Assembly (NCBI RefSeq): GCF_000142905.1
Contig: NW_013657677.1
Coordinates: 585,167 to 649,166, forward strand
Direction: 5' to 3'
Origin: Thecamonas trahens ATCC 50062
Taxonomy: Eukaryota; Protista; Apusomonadida
DNA: 64,000 nt
Shown: piece by piece, positions 51,348 to 61,574 of the stretch
Position numbering within the stretch: the first letter of the stretch is position 1
How the letters are laid out: the number at the start of each line of letters is the position of its first letter
Translations under genes and position numbers: made by a program
Notes under the pieces: model-generated
The model's input: the letters and a program-made list of their open reading frames with translations, nothing else
The model's database searches: none
Told to the model about the DNA's origin: nothing

Positions 51348-54295
51348 ATGTCTGTGTATGTGTTCTGGGACTTGGAGAACCTCTCGCCTCGGACAGGAGC
51401 CATTCATGCCACGGTACAGCGGCTAACGGTGGCACTCTCGGGATTTGGTCCTCTGGCTTCCATCAAGGCATACTGCGATACGACGGCGTTGGTGAAGCGG
51501 ACAAGGAACAGTATGGTGGCAAATGGCGTGCATTTGGTTGACGTGCCCTTTTCTCGCAAGAAGGAGACGGCGGACAAGGTCTTACTCGTCGACATGATGA
51601 TGATGGCCTGCCAGGCAGCGAGTGCACGATCGGCCGGCGAGCCGCAGATCACGGTTGTGCTGCTCTCTTCAGACTCGGACTTTGTCTATGGCTTGGCCAA
51701 GCTCTCGCAGCTGGGCGTGTGCACGGTGTGCGTTCGCTCGACAGCCGTCCGCACCACGCTCCTGGATCGCCAGGTCGATCATGTCATCGACTGGGAGCGG
51801 ATCCACGGCGCCGGAGCTCCACCCGAGTGTAACCGTGGCTGCCGCAACTTTTTGGCAGCGGTGATGGGACGTGTGTTTACGGATCGAGCTGTGCCTTTTG
51901 TCACGATGCCAGTCATGGCCACGGCGTGCGGGACGGCCAGAGCAGCAGCAGCCGCGGTCGTCGTGGCACAGGGCCAGGTGACGCGCCGTCTACCATTCTC
52001 GTGGCGCCGGAGCTCGAGATCCCGGTCGAGGCGCCCGAGGACCTGCCGCCATCGCGACTTGTCCGAGTAGTCCTGGCACTCCGGCGGGCCCATGGGGCCG
52101 ATCGGACTCTTCATCCCACGCTTGCCGATGTTGTCCGCCACTTTTGCGTCTTTTACCCGCTCCTCCACCGCTCGGTCTCCACGCATGCTCTCATGGCACA
52201 GTACGTGACATGCGCCGTCCGCAGCGGGCTTATCTCGCTCTGGCGCTCGCCCGATTGCCGCGACAGCGAGCCGGCGCAGCCTGAGGAAGACGACGTCGCG
52301 TGGGAGATCCAATCGTGGGCATCGTCGCTCCATGGCCACGTTGACACTGCTGCCGACGCTCTGCACGATTCAGGCTGGCTCCGCGACGAGTGGCACGCGA
52401 CCGCATCGTGGTCGGATGAGGATTCGCTTGAGAGCGGCGGATCTCTCTCAAGTTCTGAGCCGTCGCCGCCTGTTTCGCTCGACGAGCTGGGATCGCTCAA
52501 CTGGGACTACGTTTATGTCTCGCTTGGCAAAGTGCCGTGGTGGCAGGCTCACGAGCAGACCGCCCCGCCTTCAACAGCGTCCTCCATTCCCAACATGTCA
52601 GTCTCATCGCCAGCCGCCCGCAGCATCAGCGCCCGCACCCCAGAGCCGGAGCGGGCAGCATCGCCGGTGGCCGAAGTTGCGCCGACGGTCTCTAGGCCGA
52701 GCCCCACAGCAGCAAGCCCGAGCCAAACCAGGGTCGTGTCACCGGTGACAGTAGCGACACCCACGCCAGCTCCGCTGGCGATCAAGAAGCGAGCTCGAGA
52801 TGACGACGGCTGGCAGGAGCGGGCGCGGACGGCGGACGGAAGTGTCCACGATGTGCAGACATACAACACGTTTGTTGTCATTGTCCGCGAGTTTGAGAAC
52901 CATCTCATTGCCTCCGGCGAGCTCTCGGCTGACAACGGCGGGCCATCGGAAGGCATCCGGCTCTCCAATGTTGGGCAGGTGCTTGCGCGTGTGGCACCCA
53001 AGTGGCGGCACACGCTCAAAGTCAACAAGTTGTGGAAGTGGGCGAGCATGCTGGAGAGCGACAACCTCATCAAGCTCTTCCACGGCTCCAACGGCGAGCT
53101 CTCGATGCTTTCGCATGCGCCCGAGCTCGGCCCAGAGTACGCTGCGCTTGTGCCGGTTGACGTGACGGCGCTTCCGATCGACACGTTTGATGCCATCCGC
53201 GCTTGTGTCGCTGAGATTCTCAAGCTGCCGATGCCGCAGGTGTCTCAGGCGGCAGAGCCGGCGAGACCTGTGCATGACGTCAAGCCGGCTACGGTGGATG
53301 AGGAGGCCACTGGCGCACCAGCCCCACCAGACGAGCCCGAGCTGGCAGTCGGCGATCTGGTGGGCCCGAGAGTAGCGGCACCGGTGCTCAATCTCAAAGC
53401 GCTTCTGGAGACGCGGACGCGGCTAGTGTACAGCCACGATGCCGGGCATGTCAAGCTGGCAGACACAGCCAAGCTGACAAGTCATGCCGCTGCGAGCAAG
53501 GCGCGCGGTGCTGGATCCAAGCTGGCGCAAATGGTACTGTCGTCGCACGGACCGCGGCATGTCCACGAGTCACCGTTTACGACAGCCTCGCTCTCGGTCA
53601 ACCGGTCTGCGCGGCTCCGGGCGCTGGATGTCGACGCGCCGGCAAGCGTGGTGGCGCGGTCGCTAGCTATGCGCGATCTGGAGAGCGTGACGCTGAGCAA
53701 GAGCCACTCGCGGCTGCGCGGACTGGGCCCACGAGTGGTAGCACAGCTCTCGCCGACCAAGGCCTACCAGGTGTCGAGCAGGGTCCACGGCAGCGCGTCG
53801 CCGCTGGCCCAGATCCAGCGCGACGACAGTGTGTCACGGCGAGCCAAGAGTCTGCGCGACGCGTCGCGATCTCGGGTCCGCGCTGCAGTGGCGTCGCCGT
53901 CGCGCGGAGCCAAGCTTGCGGCGGTGGCGGCGCTAGCCTCGGACCTGCATGCGTTGTCCAAGGCGTACGGACCAGACCAGGTCGCTAGCAGTGATGCTGA
54001 GACCGAGTCGGTCGGCGACTACGAGCGGCGGCGGTGGCTTGACGAGTCAACGTCGCCAGCGTCTGCGACGCGGCGGCTGCTGGCCCCAACGCTGCGAAGG
54101 TCGACGGTCTCGTCGCCGACTATGCGAGGTGGCGGATCGCCGACTCGGGTGCGGTCGGTCTTCTCGCTCTCAGCAGCAGCAAAGACCATTGCGCGTGGCG
54201 GCTCGCCGGACCCGTCGGTCTCGCCGTCGCCGCTCAACCGATCGTGGCATGAGGCCGCGCACAGGTCACTTGCGGCCATGACGCGCGCGTCGTGA
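51348..54295 (+). CDS. NYN (MARF1/limkain-b1-like) ribonuclease domain + CCCH zinc finger + LOTUS/OST-HTH-like domains; frameshift ~51850
   Basis: Motifs VFWDLEN, IKAY, KETADK and LLSSDSDF. Adding one T restores CRNFFGSGDGTCVYGSSCAFCH. Winged-helix-like IRLSNVGQVL...KLWKWASMLESDNLIKL. CTAAC...CAG at 51316-51335 suggests an upstream exon. Confidence 0.78.
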
Positions 54296-54297
54296 GG

Positions 54298-55725
54298 TCA
54301 TGGCGCGAGCGGCTCTGGCACTGCAACTGGAGCCAAGAGCGGGCGCGACTCGACCTGCGCCGAAGAGACGTTGTCCATGTCGTCGGGTGTGTCGAGAGTG
54401 AGCTCGAGAACCGGCGAGAGGAAGCGCAGCGCGACGGCGGCACAGCCTGCGCCGGCAAGCAGGAGCCCTACGAGGACGTAGAGGGTGCAGGGCAGGCACG
54501 ACGAGTCGGTGGCCGAGTAAAAGCCAGAGGCAAAGGCAGGGAGGAGGATATTGGCGACGGTTTCGGCGGCGGAGAGCGCGGCAAGCGCGACGCCCTGCTC
54601 TTTGGCAGAGACTGCCAGCGAGAAGAGGGAGCGGATGGCCGGAAAGGCAACAGCAGAGAGGCCACCGATGGCTGAGCCGACATACATAATGCCGGTGTCG
54701 GGCGCGAGTGCGTAGGTCAACATCGACCCGGCCTGCATGCAGAGGCCGATGACGGAGAACAGGGTGATTCGCCGCACGTTCTGAGTGTGGAGCAGGAGCG
54801 GCGAGAGGATGGAGACGCAGGCAGCGCGAATGATCCACTGCGAGCCGAGGAAGAAGCCGAGCTCGCGCGGTGTCCAGTGGAGCTTGACTTTGGAGTAGAG
54901 GATGACGATCGAACCAAAGGCAACAATGGCGCCGTACGAGAGGAGGAAAGCGAGGCCAAGGCCTGCCAGAACCGGCCACGGACCGAGCCGTGTCGGTCGA
55001 GTCATGACACCGAGCGCGCCAAAGACATTGGCCTTGGCCCACGAGACGGTCTCGACCCTCTGCGATGGCGCGAGCGTCTCGGGCATGGCGGCGGCGATGA
55101 GAGTGAGCGCTGCTCCCGCCACGGTCATGGCCACAAATAGTGTCTTGTAGTCAAAGTGCTCGATGAGGATGCCCGAGACGGAGGTTCCGGCCATGACGCC
55201 AAGGTAGAGGGAGACTTCGGTGTAGCCAAACTTCTTAGAACGCTCGACCTCGGGCACAATGTCGGCGACGGCGGTGTAGATGGCCATGAACATGGTGGGC
55301 GATCCGCCAAACAGGCCGGTCCCGCCCGAGATGGCGACCAGGGTCCACAGCGGCCAGGAGTAGGCCTTGAACAAGGCCAGCGTCAGTGTGTTGGCCGTCA
55401 GCCCGACGAGAGGAAGGACAACGACCCAGCGTCGGCCAAACTTGTCCGAGAGCACACCCACGGTGCCCGAGACGCCGACGCCGGTCAGCGACGAAGCCAG
55501 GCCGCCGTACAGCGTCCATACCGCGGCCTTGGACGAGACCGTGTCCGAGTCGCAGTCGGCGTAGTGGCCGCGCTCACAGACCTCTGCAATCAGCATTTGC
55601 GCCGTCGCCACAATCTGCAGCATCAGCGTCGCCATGTACGACAGCAGCACAAATGTGTAGATCCAGAACCTTGTCTCCCGCCACGGGACTGGTGTCACAG
55701 CCGCACGCGTAGCTGTGGCGTGCAT
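54298..55725 (-). CDS. MFS transporter, SLC46/PCFT-like
   Basis: About 12 TM segments, motif A GVLSDKFGRR, luminal Cys loop VCERGHYADC, EQG motif and C-terminal dileucine ESRPLL. Confidence 0.85.
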   Translation of the reverse strand: MHATATRAAVTPVPWRETRFWIYTFVLLSYMATLMLQIVATAQMLIAEVCERGHYADCDSDTVSSKAAVWTLYGGLASSLTGVGVSGTVGVLSDKFGRRWVVVLPLVGLTANTLTLALFKAYSWPLWTLVAISGGTGLFGGSPTMFMAIYTAVADIVPEVERSKKFGYTEVSLYLGVMAGTSVSGILIEHFDYKTLFVAMTVAGAALTLIAAAMPETLAPSQRVETVSWAKANVFGALGVMTRPTRLGPWPVLAGLGLAFLLSYGAIVAFGSIVILYSKVKLHWTPRELGFFLGSQWIIRAACVSILSPLLLHTQNVRRITLFSVIGLCMQAGSMLTYALAPDTGIMYVGSAIGGLSAVAFPAIRSLFSLAVSAKEQGVALAALSAAETVANILLPAFASGFYSATDSSCLPCTLYVLVGLLLAGAGCAAVALRFLSPVLELTLDTPDDMDNVSSAQVESRPLLAPVAVPEPLAP

Positions 55726-56568
55726 GGTTGCGATGGAGAGCTTGCGGCGCCTTGATACGTCGATGACTGCGTTTGCCGCTCTTGACCACCGTTCAAACTA
55801 TCGAGCGTGAGCAATTATCTCGCTACGTTTCCGGCAAGCAAACTACACTCACACCTGCGACGTGTATACTCGTGGGGAATACCGTCACCTCGTTTCGACA
55901 GTCGGCCTGCACAGCTCTATGCACACTGCCCAAGCTCAACCACTGATACTCGACTCGCGTGACGGCGTGGTTGACGCTGGCGTGAGGTGTGCTCGCCTCC
56001 GTCCGCTCTCTCGCTTCGCCTCGCGTGGGGATCCCGCTATGTGTGGTTGCTCGCGTGACTTTGCCACGTGGAAACGCACGTGGGATACGTTTGTTGAGGC
56101 GGGAGGCGAGTCGTTTCGAGAGAGTCACACACATGTCATATCATGGCTTTGTGGCACGGTGATTATGGTAATCAACATCTGCCCGCGTCGTCGTCATGAT
56201 CATGGTCGCTGGTTGACAGTGGTGGTTGGGTAGGGGCGGCAAGATGCGGCGGGTGTGGGCGGTCAGCCGGAACCGGAACTTCACTACAGCAGGCACGTAC
56301 AGCTCGCACAGCCACGCTTCAGCCCTTGCCAGGCAGTTGATGCATCTTTGGCTTGCTTTATGTGGGAAGCAGGCGGGACAAGTGGCGGTCTTGGCTAGCA
56401 AGAGTTTGTTTTGAGGGGGGGGGCTGCGGCATCATCAGCAATTTTTCCGCATTCCTCGTGAATTGCCAGCCGAGACCCTTGCAGCGTTCTCTGGCCGGAC
56501 ACACCGCGACAAGACGTCGACCGAGCAGGACGTAGCTTGGCATACTTTTCTTCCACACCTTTGAAGCT

Positions 56569-59121
56569 ATGAAGCTCCTGAATGCTGTGGTGGTACTTGC
56601 CCTTGTTGCGGCCGTAAGCGGTACGTTCTACTTCCTGCTCCTACTACCAAGCGACCTCCTCAGCCCATGCATGCCGTCACCTTGCGCCCCCCCTCTCCCA
56701 CCCAGTTTTGGCCTTGACGGGTGATGGCGAAAAAGCGCCGCAACGTGGACTGTGGGCGAGGGCATTTTTTTTATTTTGCGTCCTTTCACCTCCCCTCCGC
56801 TCCCTCCTCCTCCATCGCTCCACGCTTCTTGCATGTGCCCAGCGCATGGCTCGGGCGTGGTTGAGTTTCATCCTCCTGTCGTCAGTATGGCTGTATGGTC
56901 TGTCATACGGCCATCGCTCGTGTGGTTAAAGGCTGCGCTGGCTGCTTGTGCTGGGTTGGCAGGAGATTCGGTAGCGCCCGCAACTCACACATTGGTCTTT
57001 GTTTTGTCTGCAGGTGCTGATGTGCTCAAGGCTACGTGCGAGCTGAAGCCTGCGGGCGACAACGATGTGAGCGGGACGATTGAGCTGTCGCAGGCAGGCG
57101 TCGGTGGCGTGGTGACCTTTACTGGAACGGTGAACAACTTGCCGGATGGCCTGCACGCGCTCCACGTGCACACCTACGGCGACGTGACGGTGACGAGCGG
57201 CAAGGGTGCCGGTGGCCACTGGAACCCACACAACAAGACGCATGGATGCTACCCGTCGACCGACCGGCATGCCGGCGACGTCGGTGACATCTCGGTCTCG
57301 GGCGGGACGTACACGTTCCCGGGCAGCTTTGAGCGCGACCTGCTCGAGCTCTCGGGTGTGAACTCTGTCATCGGGCGGTCGCTGGTCATCCATGCCAACA
57401 CCGACTCGTGCACCGGCACGGCCGGCGATGCTGGCGCGCGTCTTGCTCAGTGCGTTATCGGCGTTGTCGACCCGGGCACAGACACCCAGCTTGCGCACTA
57501 CCGCAACCCGACCGGGACCAACACAACCTGGGCTGTGGCTGTCATCGACGATCTCGGGGCCGGGCGCAACGTTGCCGGCAAGGTCTGGTTCCAGCACCTG
57601 CCATCGGGCAAGGTCCGCGTCTACCCGCGGCTCTCCGGCTCGTTTGGCGAGGCCGAGCAGCGGGCGCTCCACGTCCACACCTACGGCAAGGCCACGGGAA
57701 CCGGTGGACACTACAACCCGGCCGGCGTGAATCATGCACTCCCGATGGGTGTGCGCCACATGGGCGACATGGGCAACGTGGTCTCGACCAACGGCACGTC
57801 ACCGGTCTACTCGTCGCAGCGCGACTTTGACCTCCTCGACATGGGCGCCGGCCTGGACAACATCATCGGTCGCGCGGCAGTCATGCACGACGGGCGGGAC
57901 ACCGGGGAGCAGCCGACCGGCGCCGCTGGCACCAAGATTGCCGCCGGCCCCATCGGCATCTCCAACGGCGCGCCGGCCAAGGTAACGGTCGTCATCAAGG
58001 GTACGTCAAACGCGCCCGGCGTCTCCGGCCTCGTCACCCTCGAGCAGCTTCACGGCCCGGGCACTCCGGTGACCATCTCCGGTTCGGTCTCCGGCCTCCC
58101 GGCGGGCGACCACGCATTCCACATCCACACGTACGGCAACCCGACGGTGGCGGACGGCACCGGCGCCATGGGTCACTACAACCCGGACGGCGTCTCGCAC
58201 GGCTGCTCGCCGAACGCCCGCCACGCCGGCGACATCGGGACCATCACCGCGGCCTCAGACGGCACGTACACTTTCCCGGCCGACTTTACCCGCGACCTCA
58301 TCGACTTGACCGGCCCGCGGTCTGTTGTCGGCCGCGCCATCGTCATCCACGCTGACCGCGACGACTGCAACCCGCCTTCGGGCAACGCCGGCTCGCGGCT
58401 CGCCGTGGGCGTCATCGGCCTCTCTGCTGTCTCGTCGCTCGAGATCAACTCGGGCTATGCCGGCGAAGAGGCGCCGCCGCCGGCCTTCCGCGCGGTTGCC
58501 GTCATGCAGTCGATCGAGGAGCCGAAGAACTCGCGCTTTGAGGCGACCATGTACTTTGAGCAGATCAACGGGGACAAGGACCTCCGCATCTACGGCATCG
58601 TCAAGGGTCTTCAGGCCTCGTCGGTCCACGGCATCCACGTCCACCAGAACGGTGACCTTTCGTCGGCCACCGGTGCCAACCTCGGCGGGCACTACAACCC
58701 GTACTCGGTGGCGCACGGCCTCCCGCCCAACGTCCGCCACTACGGCGACCTCGGCAACTTTGCCATTTACAAGGACGGTACCGGCTACGTTAACATGGTT
58801 GTGCCCGGCGTCCAGATGTCCGGTGTCGACTCGATCATCGGCCGCGCCCTCGTCTTCCACTCGGGCTCGGACAAGGGCACGGGTGCCTCGGGCGACGCAG
58901 GCGTTAAGATCGCGGCTGGCGTCATTGGCATCTGCGACGTCAACTGCTGGCCGAGGACCCTCGCCCTTCAGCCCGTCGACGAGGGCGAGAAGATCCACCC
59001 GGCTACCTGGGTCATCCTTGCTGTCGTCATTGTCATTGCTATTGCCGGCATCGCCGCTGGTGTCGTCTTCTGGCGCAAGAAGAAGGCCAACGCCCCGGAC
59101 TCCAAGCTTGACTTTATCTGA
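56569..59121 (+). CDS. Type I membrane protein with four tandem Cu/Zn superoxide dismutase domains; exons 56569-56620 and 57014-59121
   Basis: Signal-peptide exon MKLLNAVVVLALVAAVS and a phase-1 intron GTACGT...CTGCAG. Four copies of HxH...GHxNP...H...RHxGD...GRxxVxH, then TM WVILAVVIVIAIAGIAAGVVFW and RKKK. Confidence 0.92.
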
Positions 59122-59188
59122 GTCCCTGGCTCCCCTTTCCTTTGCGAGTGCATCTCGGTAAAGACCGACCCCACTCCCGCCTCCATAC

Positions 59189-60292
59189 CTACACCACTGC
59201 TGGGGAGCCCTGCGATGACGAGCTGCCGGACGATGCCGACGGTGGAGGATCTCTGCCGCGCGGGACAAGCGTAGGCCGCGGCAGCACGATGCGCCGCGTC
59301 CGACGACGGACCCTTCGCGCGACCGGCGGCTGCGGCGACCGTGGTCTCTTGAGAGAGACGGCTATCGGCGGCGACCCAGTCGTTGCATCGTTGCGCGACG
59401 GCGCGTCTTCATCTGACGACGAAGCGAGGATGTCGTCCGACTCGAGGATGAGCGGCGATGCGCCGGTGGCTTCGGTTACCCACTTCGCATCGCTGACGGC
59501 GGCAGTGCTAGCCTCGTACCTCGAGAGTGTTGACGACGACCACTTGAGCGCACGTGTACCGCGGCCACGGCTCTGGAGTGCGAACTGCGGTCGCGGCGCA
59601 AGCCGATGGGCCACAACTTTGAACACTGTGCGGGTGCCGAGACTGGCGGTGAACTCGTCGCCAAGGCTGAGGCCGAGCGGCTGGCTCGGCACCACCTGCT
59701 CGAACATTGCCGATCCGGACCGCCGCAAATAGAGCGTGACTTGCGGCGAGTCGGGAAAGATGTACACCGATGCGGCGGGAGGCTGGAGAGCCTGGTGCCG
59801 TGGTGGTGCCGCCGTTGTCTTGTGTCGTGAGAGCGTGACGGTTGGCGAGTGGCTTGGGGGCAGAGGCGGCGAGGCCAAGTGCCGGCCTTGCCGGGCGAAT
59901 GAGGCGCGGACGGCGGCGTCGGTTCGGGCGACACGAACAAAGGCAGACTCAACTGGCCCGACGAGCACTGACTTGGCGTGCGGGATGCGAACGTACGTCA
60001 TTTCGGTCGGGCGGACCAGTCGCGGAGTGGCAAGGCTCGATGCCGCCGGGTCGACCACGCCCAGCGACGACGTTGGCGACGGCTCCATCTCGCTAATGGC
60101 AGAAGCGACAGGCAAGCCATCCTGGTAGGTAAACGCGTCCTCGACCAAGGCATAGACAGGCTCGTCAAGCGGGCCTGCCGTGCTCGTCGCCGACCGCGGC
60201 GCAAGCATGGGCGAAGAGTGTGTCGGGTCGAGGGGCTGGTGGCTTGGCCAACGGAAAAACGAGCGTTCCGGATTCCGACCCGTCAAATCCAT
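59189..60292 (-). CDS. Hypothetical protein (possible degenerate FHA-like beta region, basic C-terminus)
   Basis: 367-aa ORF. The segment LGLSLGDEFTASLGTRTVFKVV only weakly recalls FHA-type domains. Confidence 0.45.
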   Translation of the reverse strand: MDLTGRNPERSFFRWPSHQPLDPTHSSPMLAPRSATSTAGPLDEPVYALVEDAFTYQDGLPVASAISEMEPSPTSSLGVVDPAASSLATPRLVRPTEMTYVRIPHAKSVLVGPVESAFVRVARTDAAVRASFARQGRHLASPPLPPSHSPTVTLSRHKTTAAPPRHQALQPPAASVYIFPDSPQVTLYLRRSGSAMFEQVVPSQPLGLSLGDEFTASLGTRTVFKVVAHRLAPRPQFALQSRGRGTRALKWSSSTLSRYEASTAAVSDAKWVTEATGASPLILESDDILASSSDEDAPSRNDATTGSPPIAVSLKRPRSPQPPVARRVRRRTRRIVLPRPTLVPRGRDPPPSASSGSSSSQGSPAVV

Positions 60293-61401
60293 CAACTGCT
60301 TCGGCCGTCAGGCAAGAGGCCAGTCACACTATCGACTATCGCCGCACCTTGCGCCTGCGCTGCGGCGCTCCAGTCTGTGGCTGAAGACGAGATTTGGAGG
60401 ACGGCAGACGCGGTGACTAGCGGGAGGCCGACAGACTCCGCCGCGGCTGTAAGTACTCCTCCTGATCGCGCCCAGTCTTTTGCCGAGAGCAGCAGAGCCG
60501 AATGCCCGGCGTGGGCGGCGTCTGTAACAAGCGCGTTTGCTTCGGCAGCGGTCCACGCGTGATGGTCGTCGTAAATGGCGTGGACGAGGTGCGATGTCGT
60601 GGGCAGCGACGCAGCAATCGTCGCTTCAAATGCCTGTGGCGAGCCAAGGCCCGAGAGTAGCAGTGGCGAGGTGAGAAGTGGCGACGATGGTGCCTTGACA
60701 GCCTCGGTGTGATGGCGGAAGACGGGATCGGACATGCGCGAGAAGACGCGCTTGTCTGGAGCGACGCTATATGCTTCCAGGTTGGAGATGGCGGCCGGGA
60801 GGCGTTGCTCGCTCGCGGCGATCTGGGCGTGGTGGATGATGACCAGGTCGAGCGAGGCGAGCCAGCGCGCAGCTCGCTCGCGATGGGTACCGAGCGGTGC
60901 AAGCGAACGGGCTGCGCAGCGAGGATGGGGCATGCCATGCGGCGAGAGCGGGTTGACCATGCCAATGGCGACGTGTGGGACGAGCGGCCAGTGCTGACAG
61001 GCGTCGTCAAAGACAAGCGTCGACACGGCGCTTGGCACCACCGCAGCAGCGTAGGCAGCCTTGCGGGCACCTGGCGGGACAGCGACGACGGTGGCGTGCT
61101 GCGTCTGGCACTCGGTGGCGAGCATAGCGGCCTCGTCGCGAGCGGCGGAGACGATGGCGAGCGGAGTCGCGGCTGACGCGTATCGCAATGCGAGCCAGGC
61201 AGCCATCGGCGTCTTGCCGGTCCCTCCCCACTCGACATTGCCGACAGCAATGACCTTGCGCCCGTCAAAGGTGTATCTGTGTCTCAGCCCACTGCTGTAG
61301 CTCCAGCGATCAATGTCAACAGCAACCGCGTAGAGCTTAGCCGCCAGCGCTGCGAGCCGAGGCCGTGATCTCAGCGCCGAGAGCACCGAGAGCCGCGACA
61401 T
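60292..61401 (-). CDS. lpxK: Tetraacyldisaccharide 4'-kinase (lipid A 4'-kinase), probably mitochondrial
   Basis: Motifs VIAVGNVEWGGTGKTP, DEAAML, FDDACQH, PLGTHRE, SGLGSPQAF, DDHH and SAKD. The N-terminus MSRLSVLSALRSRPRLAAL is Arg/Ser/Leu-rich. Confidence 0.87.
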   Translation of the reverse strand: MSRLSVLSALRSRPRLAALAAKLYAVAVDIDRWSYSSGLRHRYTFDGRKVIAVGNVEWGGTGKTPMAAWLALRYASAATPLAIVSAARDEAAMLATECQTQHATVVAVPPGARKAAYAAAVVPSAVSTLVFDDACQHWPLVPHVAIGMVNPLSPHGMPHPRCAARSLAPLGTHRERAARWLASLDLVIIHHAQIAASEQRLPAAISNLEAYSVAPDKRVFSRMSDPVFRHHTEAVKAPSSPLLTSPLLLSGLGSPQAFEATIAASLPTTSHLVHAIYDDHHAWTAAEANALVTDAAHAGHSALLLSAKDWARSGGVLTAAAESVGLPLVTASAVLQISSSATDWSAAAQAQGAAIVDSVTGLLPDGRSS

Positions 61402-61574
61402 GGTGCCGAGTTCAGATGGCGAAGGAGGGGATCGCAGTAATGGGCAGCAAAACGACACGCAGCGAGCCCACGCCCTGTGGCTGCGGGCGGCAAAGTCGAA
61501 GACGAGAGTGGCGTCGTCGGCCGGCTGCGAGCGAACGTGGCGATCTCACGTGGATTGGACCCTGGCTAGTGGGC

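Noticed and set aside
56141-56401. Small minus-strand ORF with CxxC...CxxC
   Set aside because: Short, non-ATG start, no coding-like bias and no family recognised.
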